The position numbers and the translations under genes were made by a program. This document shows positions 59,641 through 64,000 of a DNA stretch of 64,000 bases, piece by piece. Numbering within the stretch: the first letter of the stretch is position 1; every line of letters begins with the position of its first letter. Source of the stretch: Planctomycetota bacterium. Lineage in GTDB: Bacteria; Planctomycetota; PLA2; JAEUHO01. Under the pieces are notes generated by a model. The model worked only from the letters and a program-made list of their open reading frames with translations. It was not told the origin of the DNA and did no database searches. The stretch spans positions 3,661 to 67,660 of the forward strand of contig JADZCA010000001.1 of NCBI GenBank assembly GCA_020851795.1, written 5' to 3'.

Positions 59641-61808
59641 TCCGCGCCGCCGTCGGGACCCTCGCGCTCGCCGTCGCGGCGGCCGCTGCGGCGCCCGCGG
59701 CCCGCGGGGACGATGGCCCCGCCGACGCGGCCGTGCCCGCGGCGCCGGTCGCCCGTCGGGGCGACGACGTCATCGAGGCGTTCGGCGAGCGGGTGCCCGA
59801 CCCGTACCGCTGGCTCGAGGACGGCGCCTCCGTCGAGGTCTCGCGCTGGCAGGCGGCGCAGGACGCGGCGGCCGTCGCGCGGCTCGCGGCCGTCCCCGTG
59901 CGCGACCGGATCGTCGCGCGGGTGAACGCCGAGGCGGGGCGGCCGTGGGCGGGCGGGGCGCCGCTCGTCCGCTACGGGCGTATGTATGCGCCGACGTGGG
60001 CCGACGGCGGTCGCACGATCGTCCTCGGGGAACTCCAGCCCCCCGAGTACCGCCGGTCCCGCGAGGTGCTGCGCGTCCGTGCCGCGACCGCGTTCGGGCT
60101 GGCGCAGGTCGAGCCGTCCCCCTCGGGGCGGCACGTCGTGTACGCCACGGGGCCCGCGTCGGGTGACCGTCGCACGATCTGGCTCCACGATGCGGAGGCG
60201 CCCTCGGTCCGCGACGTCGTCGTCGCCACCGACACGGTGGTCCCCCAGTTCGCGTGGGCCGCCGACGGCTCGGGCTTCTGGTGGGCGAACCACACCGTCG
60301 TGCGGCGCGGCGACGCGCAGCTCCCGCTCGTCGGCGCGGTGCTCCGGTTCCACCGCGTCGGGGACGACCCGGACAACGACGAGCGCGTCGCGTGGCCGGG
60401 ATCGGAGAAGACCGCGTGGATCGGCCTGCGCGTGGCGTCGAGCGGCCCGGCGGTGTTTGCGGTCGCCGGGGAGGTCGAGGACCGCAGCGCCGCGTACGAG
60501 CTGGTCCGTCGCGACGGGAAGACCGAGGTCCGCGTCGTCTGGCCGCCGGGCCCCGGCGTGGTCGAGCCCGACCAGGTGCGGGGGACCACCTTCGTCCGCA
60601 CGTCCGCCGGCGCCGGCGGGCGGTGGCTGGCGGCGACGACCGGCCACGAGACCTGGCCCGACGCGTGGACGACGGTGCTCGCACCGCCCGACGGCGTGCT
60701 CGAGCGCGTGCTTCCGGTGTGGGACCGGCTCGTGGCGCACGTGCGCGACGGCGGCGGCTCGCGGCTGTTCGTGCACGCGCTCGGCGGCGCGAAGCTGGGG
60801 TTCGTCCCGCTGCCGGCGACGGGGCGCGTGACGTGGCTCGGTGGCGGCGGCGACCTCGGCGGGATCTGGTTCGGCTTCGAGGACCTCGCGCGCCCCCCCT
60901 CGGCCCACTGGGCGCGCCTCGTCGACGGGATCCGCGTCGAAGAGGTCCACCGGGTCACGACGGCGATCGACCTGTCGCGGCTCGTCGTCGAGCGGTTCCG
61001 CGTGCGCGCCGCCGACGGCGCCGACGTCCCGGTGGCCGTGCTGCGGCGTCGCGACGTGGCGTTCGACGCCAAGGCGCCGACGTTGGTGGCGGCCTACGGT
61101 GGGTTCGGCCTCGTGACCGCCGACCGCTGGGACGTGCGGGGAGCCCTCTTCGCCGACCTCGGGGGCGTGTTCGTCGTCGCGGGCGTGCGTGGCGGTGGCG
61201 ACTACGGCGAGCACTGGGCTCGGGCGGGCCGTGGGCTGCAACGGCGCGTCGCATGCGACGACCTCGTTGCGGTCGCGGCCCACCTCGTCGAGCAAGGCCG
61301 CGCCGACCCGCGGCGCCTCGCCTACGCTGGCGCGAGCAACGGCGGGTTCGTCGTGACGGCGGCGGCCTGCCGTCGGCCCGACCTCGTGCGTGCGGTGGTC
61401 TGCGAGGTCCCCGTCGCCGACCTCCTCCGGTTCCCGTGGCTCGGCGGAGGCGCCGGAGCCTGCTGGACGCCGGAGTACGGCGATCCCACGACCGAAGCCG
61501 GCTTCCGGGCGTTGCGCGCCCTCTCGCCCGTGCACGCGCCCGCCGACGGCCCGCGGCCCGCGCTCCTCGCGACCGCCGCAGGGCTCGACGAGCGCGCCGA
61601 CCCCGCCCACGCCCGCAAGCTGGTTGCGTCCTGGCAGGCCGCGCGCACGAGCGGCCCGGTGCTCCTCCGCGTCCATCCGGCGTCGGGGCATGCGCTCGAG
61701 CACGAGAGCGACCTGACGGTCGCGCTCCTGGACTCGCTGACGTTCCTCGCCGACCAGCTGGGCCTCCTCGCGCCGCCGGGCCCGGCAGGGGCGTCGGCGC
61801 CGCGGTGA
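59631..61808 (+). CDS. Prolyl oligopeptidase paralog (S9A family), secreted
   Basis: Track ORF whose GTG overlaps the upstream TGA. Motifs: VPDPYRWLE, Ser in YAGASNGGFVV, His in ASGHA. It is diverged from the upstream copy except for the identical tail PPGPAGASAPR. Confidence 0.88.
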   Translation: MTGVRAAVGTLALAVAAAAAAPAARGDDGPADAAVPAAPVARRGDDVIEAFGERVPDPYRWLEDGASVEVSRWQAAQDAAAVARLAAVPVRDRIVARVNAEAGRPWAGGAPLVRYGRMYAPTWADGGRTIVLGELQPPEYRRSREVLRVRAATAFGLAQVEPSPSGRHVVYATGPASGDRRTIWLHDAEAPSVRDVVVATDTVVPQFAWAADGSGFWWANHTVVRRGDAQLPLVGAVLRFHRVGDDPDNDERVAWPGSEKTAWIGLRVASSGPAVFAVAGEVEDRSAAYELVRRDGKTEVRVVWPPGPGVVEPDQVRGTTFVRTSAGAGGRWLAATTGHETWPDAWTTVLAPPDGVLERVLPVWDRLVAHVRDGGGSRLFVHALGGAKLGFVPLPATGRVTWLGGGGDLGGIWFGFEDLARPPSAHWARLVDGIRVEEVHRVTTAIDLSRLVVERFRVRAADGADVPVAVLRRRDVAFDAKAPTLVAAYGGFGLVTADRWDVRGALFADLGGVFVVAGVRGGGDYGEHWARAGRGLQRRVACDDLVAVAAHLVEQGRADPRRLAYAGASNGGFVVTAAACRRPDLVRAVVCEVPVADLLRFPWLGGGAGACWTPEYGDPTTEAGFRALRALSPVHAPADGPRPALLATAAGLDERADPAHARKLVASWQAARTSGPVLLRVHPASGHALEHESDLTVALLDSLTFLADQLGLLAPPGPAGASAPR

Positions 61809-61814
61809 CCGGCG
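61769..61814 (+). repeat. 46-nt block identical to 59595-59640
   Basis: See 59595..59640. The offset between the two copies is 2174 nt. Confidence 0.9.
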
Positions 61815-61844
61815 CGGTATGCTCCGCCTCGGAGGCATCGACGG

Positions 61845-62528
61845 ATGGCGCTGAGCCGGTGCGGCTGGTGCGGGGTGGCGCTGCGTCCGGCGTCCCGCGC
61901 GGCGCACGTGCGAGCCGCCGGCTGCCACGACTGCGGACACTCGACCATCGTCGGCGACGACGGCGTGGCGGTCGCGTTCCCGCGGACGGCGCCGCGGGTC
62001 CAGCAGGTCGGCCATCGTGTGCGCTTCTCCCGCCGGCTCCGCGGAGGCGGCGTCGCGGGCGGGGGGCGGCGGGGCGGCATCGTGCGGGCCTCGCAGCGCG
62101 TGGTCGAGGTGGCGATCGCCGCGGTGGTGCTCGTGTCCCCTCTGGCTTTCGCGTGGCTGCTCCTCCACGGGCTCTCGATGGGGTATGGCTACGCCCTCGC
62201 GCTCCTCCTCCCGCCGTGGTGGGTGTTCGTGTCCGAGCGGCTCCTGAGACGGGCGGACTGGGTCTTCGTCCCCGGCGGGGTGCGGGCGAGGGGGGGGCGC
62301 GGTCCCACGCTCGCGGTGCGCGCGATCCGCATCGACCGCGACGCGGCGGCCGGGACGTGGGGCTGGCGACGTCTGCGGTGCGTGCACGAGGTCGGCCGCG
62401 AGGTGGTCGTGGCGCGGTTCCGCTACGGGGACGTCGCGGCCGACGCGCTGGCGAGCGTGCTCCGCGCGGCGGTCGAGGGGCCCGGCGCCGTGCCCGCACC
62501 GACGCCCGCTGGCGCCGTCATGGCGTGA
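61845..62528 (+). CDS. Zinc-ribbon membrane protein, architecture analogous to 56645..57382
   Basis: Track ORF with GGAGG 9 nt upstream and high GC3. The zinc ribbon is RCGWCG...GCHDCGH. Two TM helices are present (VEVAIAAVVLVSPLAFAWLLL and YALALLLPPWWVFV). The 3' end overlaps convergent lipB by 11 nt. Confidence 0.55.
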   Translation: MALSRCGWCGVALRPASRAAHVRAAGCHDCGHSTIVGDDGVAVAFPRTAPRVQQVGHRVRFSRRLRGGGVAGGGRRGGIVRASQRVVEVAIAAVVLVSPLAFAWLLLHGLSMGYGYALALLLPPWWVFVSERLLRRADWVFVPGGVRARGGRGPTLAVRAIRIDRDAAAGTWGWRRLRCVHEVGREVVVARFRYGDVAADALASVLRAAVEGPGAVPAPTPAGAVMA

Positions 62529-63183
62529 AGGACGCGAGGAGCTCGTCGTAGCGCTGCGCGGAGAACGGGCCGCCCGGCAGCAGCGTGCCGGCGTGGTGGA
62601 CGAGCCGCTCGCGCACCGACGCGAGGTCCACCGCGCGGCCGAGCCGGTCGGCGAGCGACGTCATCACGCCGCCGTCGAGCCCGCAGGGCGAGAACCGGCG
62701 GAAGGGCGCGAGGTCGTTGCTCACGTTGAGCGCGAGGCCGTGCCACGTGACCCAGCGGCGGACCGCGATCCCGAGGCTCATGATCTTCCTCGGCCCCACC
62801 CAGACGCCGGTCTTGCCCTCGATGCGCCCGGCCTCGAGCCCGAGGTCGGCGCAGACGCGGATCCCGATCTCCTCGAGGTCGCGCTGGAATCGGTGCAGGT
62901 CGCGCCGCGCCTCGGTCAGGTGCACGATCGGATACGCGACCAGCTGCCCAGGGCCGTGGTAGGTCGCCTCGCCGCCGCGCTCGACGACCACGACGGGGAT
63001 CCCGTCCACCGTGGGGGGGAACCCGCCCGGGGTCTTGCGGCCGAGCGTGACGACGGGCGGGTGCTCGCCCGTCAGGAGCAGGTTGGGCAGCCGCCCGTCC
63101 GCACGCGCGAGCACGAGCCGCTCCTGCACGGCGTGCATCTCGCCGTACGGCCGCAGTCCCCAGTCGGCGTGGAGCCCGGTCAC
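62518..63183 (-). CDS. lipB: Lipoyl(octanoyl) transferase
   Basis: Track ORF with a GTG start. Motifs: TGEHPPVVTLGRK, VERGGEATYHGPGQLVAYPI, RKIMSLGIAV, HGLALNV. Confidence 0.93.
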   Translation of the reverse strand: MTGLHADWGLRPYGEMHAVQERLVLARADGRLPNLLLTGEHPPVVTLGRKTPGGFPPTVDGIPVVVVERGGEATYHGPGQLVAYPIVHLTEARRDLHRFQRDLEEIGIRVCADLGLEAGRIEGKTGVWVGPRKIMSLGIAVRRWVTWHGLALNVSNDLAPFRRFSPCGLDGGVMTSLADRLGRAVDLASVRERLVHHAGTLLPGGPFSAQRYDELLASFTP

Positions 63184-63461
63184 GGACGGCCTGCGCGCCG
63201 CGACGCCGCCGCGCGATCTCGCGCGAGGAGGTCGTGGCCAAGTCGGGCAGGTCGGAGCTCGTGGAGGGACGCGGTCATGAGCAGGTGCCTTCGGCAGCGT
63301 AGCCCTCCGTCATCCTGGGTCCGCGGTGGTCGGTCGGGACGCGATCCGCCGTCGGGCCCGCGTGCCGCGGTGCGCGCCGCCGCGCAGCGGTCCTCGCGTC
63401 CGGCGCCTCCTGAGCTCGTAGCGGGCCCTCGACCGCCGGGTGCGCGGCGGACGTTCCGCCG

Positions 63462-64000
63462 CTACGAGTTCAGGATGTGGATGGCCTTCTTGTGGAGCGC
63501 CTCGGCGGCCTCCATGAGCGACTCGGGCATCGTCGGGTGCGCGTGCACCGTGAGGCCGACGTCGGCCGCGGTGGCGCCCATCTCGATGGCGAGCGCGATC
63601 TCCGCCGTGAGGTCGGCCGCGCCGTAGCCGACGATCGTCGCGCCGAGCAGCAGGTCGGTCTTGGCGTCCGCGATCAGCTTGACGAAGCCGTCGGTCTGCC
63701 CGATCGCCAGCGCCTTGCCCAGCGCCGTGAAGGGGAACTTGCCGACGTGCACCGCGACGCCCTTGGCCTTCGCCTCGTGCTCCTGCAGCCCGACCGTGCC
63801 GATCTCGGGGTCGGTGAAGATGCCCGACGGCATCGCCTTGACGTCGTAGGCCGTCGGCCTGCCCGCCGCGTGCTCCGCGGCCACGATGCCCTCCTTGCTC
63901 GCCTTGTGCGCGAGCCAGGGCAGGCCGGCCACGTCGCCGATCGCGTAGACGTGCGGCACGTTCGTCCGCCGGTGCTCGTCGACGAGCAGGTGTCCCTTCG
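63462..64000 (-). CDS. lpd: Dihydrolipoyl dehydrogenase, C-terminal part (N-terminus beyond window end)
   Basis: Track ORF 63462..63959; the frame stays open upstream to nt 64000. Motifs: VYAIGDVAG, FPFTALGKA and HAHPTMPESLMEAAE (dimerisation-domain His-Pro-Thr...Glu). Confidence 0.9.
   Translation of the reverse strand, partial: KGHLLVDEHRRTNVPHVYAIGDVAGLPWLAHKASKEGIVAAEHAAGRPTAYDVKAMPSGIFTDPEIGTVGLQEHEAKAKGVAVHVGKFPFTALGKALAIGQTDGFVKLIADAKTDLLLGATIVGYGAADLTAEIALAIEMGATAADVGLTVHAHPTMPESLMEAAEALHKKAIHILNS

Noticed and set aside
55056-61808. The hypothesis that the serpin is the dedicated inhibitor of the adjacent prolyl oligopeptidases.
   Set aside because: S9A prolyl oligopeptidases are known to act on short peptides because the propeller gates the active site. 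Attack on a folded serpin loop therefore seems unlikely. I keep only the neighbourhood observation, and the point can be tested biochemically.
5501-62551. Other very long track ORFs: 5501..12802, 12015..15167, 12055..14976, 15090..19829, 16277..18760, 19369..21786, 20232..21992, 22198..25479, 22974..25703, 25993..27762, 27387..29201, 27611..30082, 28751..32059, 29101..32337, 33434..37894, 34498..35988, 41972..44242, 42639..45945, 45158..48310, 46215..48204, 47993..50542, 50401..53748, 51387..53576, 57307..59505, 59364..62387, 60254..62551.
   Set aside because: Each is an alternative frame or antisense of a gene with clear family motifs. All have extreme R/A/G/P (or R/D/E/G) composition and lack signal peptides, motifs or plausible RBS. 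I treat them as compositional artefacts.
61805-62551. A third gene starting at the duplicated GTGACCGGCG after the second POP (frame of track ORF 60254..62551).
   Set aside because: The product is Arg/Gly-rich with no motifs. A different frame (61845..62528) gives a zinc-ribbon two-TM protein with an RBS and high GC3.
1-64000. Mobile genetic island, prophage, tRNA or rRNA genes, canonical intrinsic terminators.
   Set aside because: I recognised no integrase, transposase or phage-like proteins and no tRNA- or rRNA-like sequence. None of the hairpins is followed by a T-tract. GC content looks uniformly high except for short operator-like patches. The segment looks like core chromosome peppered with small repeats.

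Overview
This is a 64-kb, very GC-rich bacterial chromosomal segment (about 70-75% GC by eye, not computed). Stop codons are rare, so the six-frame track is dominated by long Arg/Ala/Pro/Gly-rich artefact ORFs on both strands. I accepted a frame only if the protein showed recognisable family motifs, or normal composition plus a sensible start (often GGAGG 5-9 nt upstream). Starts were trimmed accordingly and checked to be in frame with the track coordinates. I support about 39 protein genes. I recognised no rRNA, tRNA, CRISPR, transposase or integrase.

Gene content:
- Housekeeping genes: a uvrA-like ATPase, pepN, nadA, lipB and lpd.
- Secreted or envelope repeat proteins: three ~1000-aa carboxypeptidase-regulatory-like repeat proteins and a three-gene HEAT-repeat operon.
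- Two ECF sigma modules.
- Haem proteins: a cytochrome c peroxidase (CCP) and a double DUF1111 protein.
- A GntR-ABC module, a serpin and two prolyl oligopeptidases.

Seven gene junctions are 4-nt ATGA/GTGA overlaps. The gene mix resembles Planctomycetota- or Myxococcota-type genomes, but the taxon cannot be fixed from this sequence.

Most notable observations:
1. Two tandem proteins (19513-25440) have the eukaryotic GPI ethanolamine-phosphate-transferase (PigO/PigG/Gpi13-like) architecture, with a sandwiched small membrane protein and a divergent GT2 glycosyltransferase.
2. A strictly phased 28-nt hairpin-unit repeat family forms capped tandem arrays at four intergenic loci. A second 52-nt element is present in four copies.
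3. An ECF sigma factor is fused in one polypeptide to a TM helix and a prenyltransferase-like toroid, and is followed by a 49-nt perfect palindrome.
4. A tandemly duplicated four-haem DUF1111 protein shows near-identical DNA blocks between its halves.
5. Two diverged prolyl oligopeptidase paralogs share a 46-nt identical 3' end and are bracketed by zinc-ribbon membrane proteins, next to a serpin and an ECF/anti-sigma-vWA pair.

All functional calls rest on motifs I read in the translations. No database search was run.
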